Positions 20,710 to 30,208 are shown, counted from the first letter of the stretch. The stretch is 64,000 nt of DNA from Desulfuromonas sp. (GCA_002869615.1 PKUH01000106.1:6158-70157); one strand, 5' to 3'. A program made the numbers and translations. Notes: generated by a model from the letters alone, not told the origin.

Positions 20710-20737
20710 GGGTTACGGTAAAAAACCGTAACCCTTT
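20710..20737. terminator. Rho-independent terminator hairpin (bidirectional context)
   Basis: GGGTTACGG-TAAAAAA-CCGTAACCC followed by TTT and preceded by an A-run. It sits between the GlsB-like gene and tRNA-Arg. Confidence 0.75.
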
Positions 20738-20745
20738 GATATTAT

Positions 20746-20822
<77 letters not shown>

Positions 20823-20900
20823 ACGAAGGTGGATTTATACAATAACTGCCGACCTATTGCAACTGCTATCTTGGGCGATAAGACTGGTGGCGCAGCCGCC

Positions 20901-21710
20901 CTATTCCTCCTCCTCAAAGGTCCGCTTCAGCATCAACAGAAGAACACCGCCGACAATCAGCAAAACAATGACTATGCCGCCGAAAACCTTTCTCTGACCG
21001 AGATCATCCTGATTTGATTGCGCCCGCGCTGAAATTTCATCCAGTCGTTCCTGGAAGCTTTTGGTCTGACTGACGACCTGATCGACATCAACACTGTGAA
21101 AGATACGATGATAATCGTTACGCAGGGAGAAGAGCGCCCCCTCCATTTCATCGGTTGAGAATCCGTCATTGTGTAAACTTTTCAGTTCCGACTCGAGGTC
21201 GGCAATGCGATTATCCGTTGCCTCAAGCGCCCCCCGGATCTCGGCGGCTCGCCCATACTCGTGACAACGACTGCACGATTCGGGATTGATCAGATCAAGC
21301 GAAGCCCGCACGATCGCATGGCTGTTGTGACAGGTAACGCATTGCGGCCCACCGGAGCCCAAGGCCTGGCCATGGGCACTTTTCATGTAATCTTCCTTGA
21401 TTCCGACATGGCATCGCCCGCAAAAAGCAGGAATATCCTGTTTTTCCGGAACGCCGATAAAACCACGTTCCGGGCTCATCGCCATGGCGAAATCGGTCGG
21501 ATCACCACCATGACAATCGTGACAGGAGATGCCGTTTTCATGATGAACACTTGTCTGCCAAAGGCCGACAGGCTCTCCGAGGTGGCCCGGCTGGCCGGCA
21601 TGACACTGAGTACAGACAGGTTCATTTTCAGCAGCAAAAAGCACGGTCGGTAAAAACAACAGACCGAAAACCAACCCGATTTTTACAATCCGCATACATT
21701 TAATTTTCAT
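20901..21710 (-). CDS. Membrane-anchored pentahaem c-type cytochrome, the c subunit of the Rieske/cyt b complex
   Basis: Five CxxCH motifs (CTQCH, CHDCH, CGRCH, CVTCH, CSRCH), an N-terminal signal and a C-terminal TM helix. The ATG at 21710 overlaps the cyt b stop (ATGA). Confidence 0.88.
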   Translation of the reverse strand: MKIKCMRIVKIGLVFGLLFLPTVLFAAENEPVCTQCHAGQPGHLGEPVGLWQTSVHHENGISCHDCHGGDPTDFAMAMSPERGFIGVPEKQDIPAFCGRCHVGIKEDYMKSAHGQALGSGGPQCVTCHNSHAIVRASLDLINPESCSRCHEYGRAAEIRGALEATDNRIADLESELKSLHNDGFSTDEMEGALFSLRNDYHRIFHSVDVDQVVSQTKSFQERLDEISARAQSNQDDLGQRKVFGGIVIVLLIVGGVLLLMLKRTFEEEE

Positions 21711-22807
21711 GAGTAATGCCCCCAAACTGAGATTGCGATCATCACGACAAGCATCAGGACATAGACCGTAACAAAAACCGGTCGTTTGGCCGGTCGTCGC
21801 TCCTCACCCCGGTCAAGGAAGGGCAACAGCGCCAGAAATGTCATGAGTCCGCCCTGCACAGCCAGCCCGAGGAACTTGCTCGGGAAAATCTTCAAGGTTT
21901 GATAGGCCCAGAGGAAATACCATTCCGGCTTGATATGCTCCGGCGTATTGAACGGATCGGCAGGTTCCAGGGCATCAGGGGGAATAAACAACTGTGGGGC
22001 ATAGAAGGTGACCGCAACCAACGCCGCCAGAAAGAAACAGACCATCGCCATCTCTTCGGTGGTGTAATGCGGGAAGAATGGAATACCATCTTCGTGCTTC
22101 TCGTGCTTGAATTCGGTACCAACTTTTGCCGGCCGAGCCTTTTCGCCGAAAGGCGGCGTTGATATCCCGATTTTCCGGACGCAGAAGAGATGAAATCCAA
22201 TCAGCCCGAGCAGACCCAGAGGGAGGACCACGACATGCAGGGCAAAGAACCGCCCCAGGGTTTGCGCTCCGACCGATGGTCCGCCGCGGGCGAACTCAAC
22301 CAGTTTATCGCCGATGATCGGCACCGCTCCGGCGGCATCGGTAGCGACGGTCGTTGCCCAGAAGGAGAGCTGGCTCCAGGGCAGAAGGTAGCCGGTCAGG
22401 CAGAGGACCAGGGCAATATTGAAAATAACGAAACCGGAGAGCCAGGTCAGTTCGCGTGGTTTTTTATAAGACCCCATGAACAGAACCGACAGCATGTGCA
22501 GAAGCAGCACGACAACGATCAGGTTTGAGCCGACGGCGTGAAGATTACGGATCAGCCAGCCGTAAGGGACCTCATTAACAATAGTTTCGACACTGGCGAA
22601 CGCCTTGTCGACGTGCGGGACATAGTAAATCAGCAAGAGGATTCCGGTCAGGAACTGAAGGCCGAACAGCACCAGCAAAACAGTGCCGAGGGAGTACCAC
22701 TTGTTGATATTGCCCGGGACAAGATATCCGGTCGTATTTTCACGCCAGATCTCACGGACTCCGAGCCGGACATCAACCCAGTCGATAACCATATCAAAAA
22801 TTTTCAT
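21707..22807 (-). CDS. Cytochrome b (fused b6 plus subunit IV-like) of a bc-type complex
   Basis: Two haem-ligand His pairs 13 residues apart (RNLHAVGSNLIVVVLLLHM and FFALHVVVLPLGLLGLIGFH) and the Qo-site PEWYFLWAY motif. Confidence 0.92.
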   Translation of the reverse strand: MKIFDMVIDWVDVRLGVREIWRENTTGYLVPGNINKWYSLGTVLLVLFGLQFLTGILLLIYYVPHVDKAFASVETIVNEVPYGWLIRNLHAVGSNLIVVVLLLHMLSVLFMGSYKKPRELTWLSGFVIFNIALVLCLTGYLLPWSQLSFWATTVATDAAGAVPIIGDKLVEFARGGPSVGAQTLGRFFALHVVVLPLGLLGLIGFHLFCVRKIGISTPPFGEKARPAKVGTEFKHEKHEDGIPFFPHYTTEEMAMVCFFLAALVAVTFYAPQLFIPPDALEPADPFNTPEHIKPEWYFLWAYQTLKIFPSKFLGLAVQGGLMTFLALLPFLDRGEERRPAKRPVFVTVYVLMLVVMIAISVWGHYS

Positions 22808-22815
22808 AACTCCCC

Positions 22816-23250
22816 CTATCCGACCAGAACCTGGTCGCCTTCGAGGGCAACCGGGAAGTTTTCGAGAGCCGACGGCGGCGGTCCGGCAACAACATCACCG
22901 GCCGGTGAAAACTTGCCGCCATGGCAGGGGCAAAGGAAATGATTATCCTCAGCAATCCACTTGACGATACAGCCGAGATGGGTGCAAACGGCACTCATGG
23001 CGACAAATCGACCCGGCTCGGGTTGGAGCAGAACGGCCGGCTTGCCACGATAATCAAAGAAATGGGCAGTTCCGACGGCCACGGTCTCCCTGGCAATCTT
23101 GATTTTACCGCCGCTTCCGGATTGATTCTCGGGTGACAAAAATCTGAAAATCGGCCAACCGGCGGCCGCAGCAAGAACCCCGCCGACGCCGGTCAGCATA
23201 ACCAGCAGAAACCGCCGACGCTGGGATGGCAACACAGTACGATCGTCCAT
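22816..23250 (-). CDS. Rieske [2Fe-2S] subunit (Tat signal)
   Basis: CTHLGC and CPCHGG cluster boxes and the twin-arginine motif SQRRRFLL. The ATG at 23250 is preceded by GGAGG, so the ORF-track start at 23271 is probably too long. Confidence 0.9.
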   Translation of the reverse strand: MDDRTVLPSQRRRFLLVMLTGVGGVLAAAAGWPIFRFLSPENQSGSGGKIKIARETVAVGTAHFFDYRGKPAVLLQPEPGRFVAMSAVCTHLGCIVKWIAEDNHFLCPCHGGKFSPAGDVVAGPPPSALENFPVALEGDQVLVG

Positions 23251-23367
23251 TACACCTCCTCGATCAAGCAAAGACGCACGCGTGAAAAACTCTTCATTTA
23301 TCCAAACGGGGGATCCCTCCTGACCAGAACTCCCGTCAAAAAACGAATATCAATACTAATTGATAAT

Positions 23368-24060
23368 CTAGCGCTCGACAAGTCCGCGCACCGGGACCCT
23401 TATTTCGCCGAGGCTCTTGTCATCGGTTCGTATCAAAAGATACCCATTCAGATGCCTGGTCTCTTCATTAGGCCTGGCATAGGCTTCAAAAGAAACATCC
23501 TCTCCCGGCGGCAGATTCTTCGCCCCGGTGGTCGCACCGAGGGCAATATTGTTAGCGCGGATGTTTTCAATTTTGAGTGAATTATTCGTAGCGTTGGTCA
23601 GAACCAAAGGTAATTTCTTTTCCTGGCCGACCTTCACGGAACCGAATTCCAGTGTCAGAGGCGAATATCCAACCAGCGGTTTGACCTCCCCCTGCAGCAT
23701 AAATCTGCCGGAAGTCTTGTTTGGCAAATTGCCGTAAAGATAGATCACCTTTTGGACGCGACCGCGAAAACGCGACGAATCAAAAGTCGCCTTGATCGTA
23801 CCGGTTTCGCCGGGCGCAAGTTTTTTCGACGAAAGCAGAGCCGCCGTACACCCACAGGAACTCTTGACCCGATCAATCAAAAGCGGTTCATCACCCGCAT
23901 TTGCAAAAGAAAAGGTATGGACCACCTTGTCTCCCTGAAAAACTTCGCCAAAATCGTAGGTTGACTGTTCGGCATGCAAAACCGGAGTTGCACTGACAGT
24001 TGATATTAAAGCTATTGAAAGGAACAATACCATTAACAGGCAGGTGAACTTATGACACAT
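23368..24060 (-). CDS. Secreted protein with two DUF1573 domains
   Basis: Signal peptide, then YDFGEVFQGDKVVHTFSFANAGDEPLLIDRVKSSCGCT (DUF1573 hallmark) and a second degenerate copy (LEFGSVKVGQEKKLPLVLTNATNNSLKI). Confidence 0.8.
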   Translation of the reverse strand: MCHKFTCLLMVLFLSIALISTVSATPVLHAEQSTYDFGEVFQGDKVVHTFSFANAGDEPLLIDRVKSSCGCTAALLSSKKLAPGETGTIKATFDSSRFRGRVQKVIYLYGNLPNKTSGRFMLQGEVKPLVGYSPLTLEFGSVKVGQEKKLPLVLTNATNNSLKIENIRANNIALGATTGAKNLPPGEDVSFEAYARPNEETRHLNGYLLIRTDDKSLGEIRVPVRGLVER

Positions 24061-24240
24061 AGTTTTCTCCAGCAGACAGAAAATCGGGCTCGCCGAAATG
24101 AATCAACAATTCAACCATAATACAACATCAAGTCATCAGCAAGCAAACAGCTCTTCCAACTATGAAAAATTGACACAAAACGCATTACTTGATATAGAAT
24201 ACCGGTTTAATAATCAGCATTTGAAAGGTTCGAGACAAAT

Positions 24241-24768
24241 ATGACACCCCCCCAGCTGAAGCTGCTTTACTCCAAAGATGCAATCGCCAAAGAAGTTTCT
24301 CGGCTGGCACAGGAAATCAGTGAGGACTTTCGTGACGAAGAAGTGTTGATGGTCAGTGTCCTGAAGGGCTCGTTTTTATTTGTTTCCGATCTGATTCGCG
24401 AGGTCTCAATTCCGGCATCGATCGATTTTGTACGACTCGCCAGTTATGGCTCGGATACTCGATCTTCAGGTCTTGTCGAGATTCGTAAAGACCTCGAAAT
24501 GCCCTTGAAAAACAGAAATGTCATTATTATCGAGGACATCATAGATAGCGGCCACACGATTGAAACACTCTACCACCGGCTTTCGCTGCGGGAGCCCAAA
24601 GTCCTGAAGGTTTGCACCCTGATCGACAAGAGGAGTCGGCGCGAAGTCGAATTTGAAGCCGACTATGTCGGCCTTGCTATGGATGACGGATTTATAGTCG
24701 GCTATGGCCTCGATTTTGATGAAAAGTACCGCAACCTCAATGAAATTTATCTGGTCGAAAACGCCTGA
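24241..24768 (+). CDS. hpt: Hypoxanthine-guanine phosphoribosyltransferase
   Basis: 175 aa with the PRPP-binding loop VIIIEDIIDSGHT and the family C-terminus GYGLDFDEKYRNL. Confidence 0.93.
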   Translation: MTPPQLKLLYSKDAIAKEVSRLAQEISEDFRDEEVLMVSVLKGSFLFVSDLIREVSIPASIDFVRLASYGSDTRSSGLVEIRKDLEMPLKNRNVIIIEDIIDSGHTIETLYHRLSLREPKVLKVCTLIDKRSRREVEFEADYVGLAMDDGFIVGYGLDFDEKYRNLNEIYLVENA

Positions 24769-24791
24769 TCCGTTACCGAGGAGAACCTGAG

Positions 24792-26261
24792 ATGGTCATA
24801 CAATGTTCGTCTTGTGATACCCGTTTCAAACTTGCGGACGACAAAATTAAACCGGGCGGCGTAAAAGTACGCTGTTCGAAGTGCAAGGAAGTCTTCACCG
24901 TTACGCCCCCGGAAGAAGAAGCAGCGGCGGAAGAAGAAAGTTCTCTCGACTTATCCGGCGGAGATGATTCAGCTGAAAGTCCGGGCACCGACTGGAGTGA
25001 TCTCAATTCCGACAGTGAAAGCGGTGCAGAAGAGAGCTCTTCAGAAGACGAAGGCGGTATCGACTGGAGCGATATGGGTGGCGATGACGCCGCCGAAGAC
25101 CAGGAGGATGAAGGGAGCAGTGACGATTTCTCGTTTGGTGATGACACATCGACCGAGACCGGTAATATCTCTTTTGACGACAACGACAACAGCGATTCAA
25201 GTTCCGTTGATTTCGGCTTCGATGAGCCCTCTGCCGAGTCTTCCGACGAAGATTTCGGTTTTGATTCACCATCATCCGATTCCGATTCGGCCGATGATGA
25301 CTTCGGTTTTGACGAACCGGTCGGCGCAGGTGCACAGGACGAGTTTTCGTTTGACGATGACGCAGGTGGTTCGCCAGCCGCTTCGGTGGATGCGGCGCCT
25401 GACTTCGACTGGGATGGCAACTCGGGTGAAAGCAGCGGCGGCAATGATGACTTCGACTTCGGAGATGCCGACAGCAGCGGCGATGGCGACATGGACTTCA
25501 GTAGTGTCGCCCTTGAAAACAATGAGGAATCGCCCGCGCCCCAGGCATCGCCTCCCGAACCGGAACCAAGCTCTTTGGTCGCTGAAGACGCTGAAAAGCC
25601 TTTATCGGCAAAAGGCCCGCAAAAAAGGACCGGGGCCAAGAAATCCCGTAAAAAGAAAAAGAAGAAAAGCGGTGCAATGCGGGGTTTTCTGTTCTTTATC
25701 CTCTTCATTCTTCTACTGGCAGGTGGTCATGCCGGCATCCTCTACTGGAAAGGATACTGGAAGGGCGATCCGACAGAATTCACCAACATGGACCACAAGA
25801 CGGTTCACCTTCAGCCCTATAAGGAAATCTATGCCGAGTTGACCGGCGGGAAGATCAAAAAAGGCCCGGTTGGGCAAATTTCAATCCTCGGGATGAGCGG
25901 CCGCTTTATTGAAAACATCAATGCCGGTACGATCTTTATCATCGAGGGATCAGTCAAGAACGAATTCAAGGAGACCCGGTCAGCAATCGCAGTCAGGGGT
26001 ATTCTTTACGGTCAGTCAGGCAAGCCAACGATGCGCAAGAAGGTCTATTGCGGCAATATTCTGTCGGATGAGGAGTTGCAAACACTGGACATCGACACCA
26101 TAGCAGAACGGCTCGACAATCAGTTTGGTGATTCCCTGTCAAATCTCGATGTATCCCCGGGCGTGGAACTCCCATACGTTATCGTATTCGGAAAACTGCC
26201 GGACAACCTGGCCGAGTTCAATGTTGAAGTCGCTGAATCGGCTCCCGGTTCGGACGAGTAG
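24792..26261 (+). CDS. MJ0042-type zinc-ribbon protein with an acidic repeat linker, one TM helix and a DUF3426-like C-terminal domain
   Basis: N-terminus IQCSSCDTRFKL...VRCSKCKEVFTV. About 250 aa rich in D/E/S with repeated DFGFD-like motifs. Then KKSRKKKKKKSG and a TM helix, followed by a beta-rich C-terminal domain. Confidence 0.75.
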   Translation: MVIQCSSCDTRFKLADDKIKPGGVKVRCSKCKEVFTVTPPEEEAAAEEESSLDLSGGDDSAESPGTDWSDLNSDSESGAEESSSEDEGGIDWSDMGGDDAAEDQEDEGSSDDFSFGDDTSTETGNISFDDNDNSDSSSVDFGFDEPSAESSDEDFGFDSPSSDSDSADDDFGFDEPVGAGAQDEFSFDDDAGGSPAASVDAAPDFDWDGNSGESSGGNDDFDFGDADSSGDGDMDFSSVALENNEESPAPQASPPEPEPSSLVAEDAEKPLSAKGPQKRTGAKKSRKKKKKKSGAMRGFLFFILFILLLAGGHAGILYWKGYWKGDPTEFTNMDHKTVHLQPYKEIYAELTGGKIKKGPVGQISILGMSGRFIENINAGTIFIIEGSVKNEFKETRSAIAVRGILYGQSGKPTMRKKVYCGNILSDEELQTLDIDTIAERLDNQFGDSLSNLDVSPGVELPYVIVFGKLPDNLAEFNVEVAESAPGSDE

Positions 26262-26284
26262 GCCGGCCTGAAATCAAACAAAAA

Positions 26285-26310
26285 GGCCACGCTTTTGCGT
26301 GGCCTTTTTT
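26285..26310. terminator. Rho-independent terminator (bidirectional)
   Basis: GGCCACGC-TTTT-GCGTGGCC flanked by AAAA on the left and TTTTTT on the right. It sits between convergent genes. Confidence 0.8.
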
Positions 26311-26366
26311 CTGTTGCAGAAAGCGCCGGACGATTCAAATACCCCGCCCGACAACACAAACCTGGA

Positions 26367-26537
26367 TCAGGGTCCTTCGATAGCATCGACCGGACAGGAA
26401 TCGACACAAGCGGCACAATCAGTGCAGAGCCCGGCATCGATAACGTGCTTTTCCTCGCCTTCACTGATCGCGTCAACCGGACAGGTCGGCAGGCAGGCAC
26501 CACAGTTGATGCACTCATCATTGATAGTATGAGCCAA
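26367..26537 (-). CDS. 2x[4Fe-4S] ferredoxin (56 aa, TTG start), missed by the ORF track
   Basis: Hand translation gives (M)AHTINDECINCGACLPTCPVDAISEGEEKHVIDAGLCTDCAACVDSCPVDAIEGP*, with two CxxCxxCxxxCP motifs. AGGAGG lies 8 nt upstream of the TTG. The listed ORF 26120-26521 is in the wrong frame. Confidence 0.85.
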   Translation of the reverse strand: MAHTINDECINCGACLPTCPVDAISEGEEKHVIDAGLCTDCAACVDSCPVDAIEGP

Positions 26538-26744
26538 CGAAATCACCTCCTTTACCTAAAATTAATTCCTTGGAATCTGTAAATCGGAACAAAGTTTAAC
26601 CTACTTATGAATCTCTGTCCACAGCAAACAACATAACCGGAAAAACCTTGCTAAATCGATACTCTTCATATATCTTATTCCTTCTTTAAAACACTGTTTA
26701 TTTTTCATACTGATAGGAATCTAGCACTGGAGGAGGTTGTTATT

Positions 26745-28010
26745 ATGGATATTCTTGCATTGAATTGCGGAAGTTCTTCGGTCAAATACCAGCTTTTTGA
26801 CTGGGAGAAAAAAGAGATCATTGCCAAGGGGATGGTTGAGCGGGTCACGATCGGTGATTCATTCATCATTCACGAGGTGCCGGGTCGTGATACCTATCGC
26901 GAAGAATATGAATGTCCCGACCATGAAGTCGCCATTCACCTGATATTAAAAACCCTCGCCGCAAATGAGACCGGGGTCGTCAGCAGTATGGATGAAATCT
27001 CTGCGGTTGGCCACAGGGTCGTGCATGGTGGCGAGAAGTTTGCCCGCTCGGTTATGATCGACAATGAAGTTCTCAACGCGATCAAGGAAGTTCAGCATCT
27101 GGCACCGCTGCACAACCCGCCCAACATCTCGGGGATTGAAGCGGCGCAGGCTAACCTGCCGAACGTGCCGCATATCGCAATTTTTGATACGGCTTTCCAT
27201 CAGACTATGCCGGAACATGCCTATATCTACCCGCTGCCGTACGAGTGGTATGAAAAACACAGCGTTCGCCGTTACGGTTTTCACGGGACCAGTCATCTCT
27301 ATGTGTCTAAACGGGCTTCGGTTCTGCTCGGCAAAGAGCCAAAGGACTGCAATATTATTACCATGCATATCGGCAACGGCGTTTCGCACTGCGCTATCAA
27401 GAATGGTATCTCGGTCGACACTTCAATGGGCCTGACTCCACTTGAAGGGGCTGTCATGGGGACGCGCTGCGGCGATATCGACCCGGCGATACCGGCCTTC
27501 ATCATGGAGAAAGAGGAATTGTCGCCGAAAGAGATCGACTCGGTTCTCAACAAGAAGTCGGGTGTTCTCGGGATCACCGGTCACTACACTGACCGGCGCG
27601 ACGTTCTTGAGGGGATCGAAAACGGCGACGAAAAATGCAAGCTCGCACTCGAGATTGAAGCCTATCGGCTCAAGAAATACATCGGCTCCTACTGTGCCGC
27701 CCTGGGCCGGCTTGATGCCGTCGTCTTTACTGCCGGTGTCGGCGAAATGGGAGCGGACATCCGTGAGAAAGCTCTCGAAAACCTCGAGCATATCGGTATT
27801 ATTCTCGACAAGGAAGTTAACACCAGGACGATGACCCGAAAGGTAGAAACCGAGATCACGACTCCCGACTCACCGGTCAAGGTTTTCGTTATTCCGACCG
27901 ATGAGGAACTGGTCTTCACCGAGGACGTTGTGGCGATCCTCGAAAACACCTATACCGATCACATGAATTTCGAGTACAGTTTCAGCAGGAAGGATTTTGT
28001 CAAAGAATAA
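26745..28010 (+). CDS. ackA: Acetate kinase
   Basis: 421 aa with the N-terminus MDILALNCGSSSVKYQLF and conserved GHRVVHGG and RYGFHGTSH. Confidence 0.95.
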   Translation: MDILALNCGSSSVKYQLFDWEKKEIIAKGMVERVTIGDSFIIHEVPGRDTYREEYECPDHEVAIHLILKTLAANETGVVSSMDEISAVGHRVVHGGEKFARSVMIDNEVLNAIKEVQHLAPLHNPPNISGIEAAQANLPNVPHIAIFDTAFHQTMPEHAYIYPLPYEWYEKHSVRRYGFHGTSHLYVSKRASVLLGKEPKDCNIITMHIGNGVSHCAIKNGISVDTSMGLTPLEGAVMGTRCGDIDPAIPAFIMEKEELSPKEIDSVLNKKSGVLGITGHYTDRRDVLEGIENGDEKCKLALEIEAYRLKKYIGSYCAALGRLDAVVFTAGVGEMGADIREKALENLEHIGIILDKEVNTRTMTRKVETEITTPDSPVKVFVIPTDEELVFTEDVVAILENTYTDHMNFEYSFSRKDFVKE

Positions 28011-28033
28011 TTTCCTGCTTCCAATTGATGGTA

Positions 28034-28069
28034 TTGAAAAGGGTCAGGCTGTTGCCTGACCCTTTTCAA
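28034..28069. terminator. Bidirectional terminator hairpin between convergent ackA and pta
   Basis: TTGAAAAGGGTCAGGC-TGTT-GCCTGACCCTTTTCAA, a perfect 16-bp stem that includes A/T runs. Confidence 0.85.
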
Positions 28070-28087
28070 TACAACATGTCAAACCCT

Positions 28088-29089
28088 CTAGCCTTGCGCC
28101 TGCACCGCGGTAATCGCCGATACCGAAACGATATCATCGACCGAACAGCCACGTGACAGGTCATTGACCGGCTTGGCCAGCCCCTGGACGATCGGACCGA
28201 CCGCCTCGGCGCCGGCAACCCGCTCGACCAGCTTGTAGCCGATGTTGCCGGCATCAAGATCGGGAAAAATGATGGTATTTGCCTTGCCGGCAACCGGCGA
28301 GCCCGGGGCCTTTTTCTCACCGACCTTCGGCAACAGTGCGGCATCTGCCTGAAGTTCACCGTCTATCTGCAACTCCGGGGCCGCTTCCTGGGCAATCTTC
28401 AAAGCTTCGAGAACCTTGTCGGCATCGGGATGGCTGGCGCTACCCTTGGTCGAGAACGACAACATTGCAACCCGGGCCTCGACTCCGAGGAAGCTCTTGC
28501 AGCTGGCGGCTGTACTGATCGCAATTTCAGCCAACGCCTGGGCATCCGGGTTCGGATTAACTGCGCAATCGGCAAAGCAGAGGACGCCGTTCTCGCCGAA
28601 GTCGGTATTATTAGTCACCATCAGGAATACGGACGAAACCGTCTTGATCCCCGGGGCGGTGCCGATCACCTGAAAAGCGGCCCGCAAAACATCGCCGGTC
28701 GTATTGTCAGCACCGGCAACCATACCGCCGGCATCGCCTTTGCGGACCATCATCGCTCCGTAAAAAAGATTATCTTCCGCGGTCAGAATTTCCCGGGCCT
28801 GGTCAGCGGTCATCCCCTTCTTTTCGCGCAACATCACCAACTCATCAACGTAGCCGCCAAGAGCCGATGCAGTCTTCGGATCGATCAGGTCAACCCCGTC
28901 AAGCGTGACCCCGATTTCCTGCGCTTTTGCTTGCAGTGCCGACGGATCACCGAGCAGAACTACCTTCGCCAGCCCATCCCCGACAATCCGGCCCGCGGCT
29001 TCGATCATCCGATCGTCATAACTCTCCGGCAGAACGACTGTCTGCAGGCTCTCCCTGGCTTTCGCCTTGATCTGGTCTACCAGATGCAT
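28088..29089 (-). CDS. pta: Phosphate acetyltransferase (short form)
   Basis: Start [13 protein letters not shown]... at 29089 is preceded by AGGAGG. Homology runs through the PTA_PTB domain. The ORF-track start at 29149 is probably too long. Confidence 0.92.
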   Translation of the reverse strand: MHLVDQIKAKARESLQTVVLPESYDDRMIEAAGRIVGDGLAKVVLLGDPSALQAKAQEIGVTLDGVDLIDPKTASALGGYVDELVMLREKKGMTADQAREILTAEDNLFYGAMMVRKGDAGGMVAGADNTTGDVLRAAFQVIGTAPGIKTVSSVFLMVTNNTDFGENGVLCFADCAVNPNPDAQALAEIAISTAASCKSFLGVEARVAMLSFSTKGSASHPDADKVLEALKIAQEAAPELQIDGELQADAALLPKVGEKKAPGSPVAGKANTIIFPDLDAGNIGYKLVERVAGAEAVGPIVQGLAKPVNDLSRGCSVDDIVSVSAITAVQAQG

Positions 29090-29252
29090 AATAATCCTCC
29101 TATAAAGTAAAAGATGTTCGAATAGAACATGGTTTGAATGAGCTCCCATTTATATCCGAACCCTGATGACCGGTCAAGTCTTTCCCCCGGCAGTTTTGCA
29201 TCAACTGATTTCTGGAACACTCTTGCCATAATCAGATATACTGATTACATTT

Positions 29253-30083
29253 ATGTTAATGAATTTTCGGAATGTTATGCACTTCAGACACCATGAAAAC
29301 CGGATCCTTTTGGCGTTTCTGAGCCTTTCGCTTTTACTGCATCTCTGCATTATTTTTCTGCTGCCTGATTTACAACTCATCCCTCAAGTTGAAGACAACA
29401 AGCCGGTCTATGTCGAAGTCAGGACTCCAACCAGGAGCCGCGAACTTGACCTGCCGGAGACAAAAGATCAGAGCAGGACAGAACCGGCAAAACGTCTCGG
29501 CCCGGCGGACCAGGCAGTCAAGAAAGAGCAGGCTCCGCAAGGGGATTTTATTGAGGACCGGATTCCGGCCACACCGTTGCAACCGCAACCGGCACCGACC
29601 GAGCAGCCGACTCCAGCCGAAACCGGTAAAGGGAAGCAGGTACCGATTCCGGATCTGGCACAACTGATGACGCTACCGCAGACGACTGTGCAGCGCCTCG
29701 ATGATCAACTCCGTACCAAGTACCGGGCAGAAGTTGAAGAAGGCGAGAGTGTCTGGCTCGACACCGAAAAAGACTTTCTGATCTCCTTTTACCAGAGGCT
29801 GCGTTCCGGCATCTACCGGGTCTGGAACTATCCGGCTAAATCGAAAGACCGGGGTGAAGCGGGGACCTGCCTGATCCGGATGACGTTCAACCGGGATGGG
29901 ACGGTCAAAGATGTCGAACTGCTTGAAACCAGCGGCTATCCGAGACTTGATCGGGAAGCGGTCGCCGCCGTCTACAAAGGTGAACCATACGGCAAACTTC
30001 CCGATGCGTACAAGAAGGAAGAGCTCAGCATCCTCGCCTTTTTCAGATACACCATGGGATACAGACCGGAGATCACCCCGTAA
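29253..30083 (+). CDS. TonB-family protein (N-terminal TM anchor, Pro-rich spacer, TonB C-terminal domain)
   Basis: TM helix ILLAFLSLSLLLHLCIIFLL, Pro-rich PATPLQPQPAPTEQPTPAE, and a C-terminal domain with ...SGYPRLDREAVAAV... Confidence 0.7.
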   Translation: MLMNFRNVMHFRHHENRILLAFLSLSLLLHLCIIFLLPDLQLIPQVEDNKPVYVEVRTPTRSRELDLPETKDQSRTEPAKRLGPADQAVKKEQAPQGDFIEDRIPATPLQPQPAPTEQPTPAETGKGKQVPIPDLAQLMTLPQTTVQRLDDQLRTKYRAEVEEGESVWLDTEKDFLISFYQRLRSGIYRVWNYPAKSKDRGEAGTCLIRMTFNRDGTVKDVELLETSGYPRLDREAVAAVYKGEPYGKLPDAYKKEELSILAFFRYTMGYRPEITP

Positions 30084-30092
30084 AAAACGCGC

Positions 30093-30126
30093 AGGGACAC
30101 CTCCCCGAAACCCGGGAAGTGTCCCT
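30093..30126 (+). terminator. Hairpin after the TonB-like gene
   Basis: AGGGACACCTCCC-loop-GGGAAGTGTCCCT, a 13-bp stem with 1 mismatch, followed by ATTT. The U-tract is weak. Confidence 0.5.
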
Positions 30127-30181
30127 ATTTACTCCCCTTTTCCGCTACACCATGGATCGGCCATATATTGCAAACCAAAAA

Positions 30182-30203
30182 GCCCCGCATTGCGGGGCTT
30201 TTT
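30182..30203. terminator. Rho-independent terminator (serves gcvPB on the minus strand and possibly the plus strand)
   Basis: GCCCCGC-ATT-GCGGGGC flanked by AAAAA on the left and TTTTT on the right. Confidence 0.8.
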
Positions 30204-30208
30204 GCTGA

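Noticed and set aside
24773-25842. Long ORFs 24773-25708 (minus, 311 aa, Ser-rich), 24964-25842 (plus, 292 aa) and 25003-25335 (minus)
   Set aside because: These are alternative-frame artefacts of the GA/TC-biased acidic repeat region in the zinc-ribbon protein gene. Their composition is extremely biased, and they have no start context or motifs.
26120-26521. Minus-strand ORF of 133 aa (MMSASTVVPAC...)
   Set aside because: It is the wrong frame over the ferredoxin gene and runs antisense into the 3' end of the zinc-ribbon gene. The ferredoxin frame has textbook motifs and an RBS.
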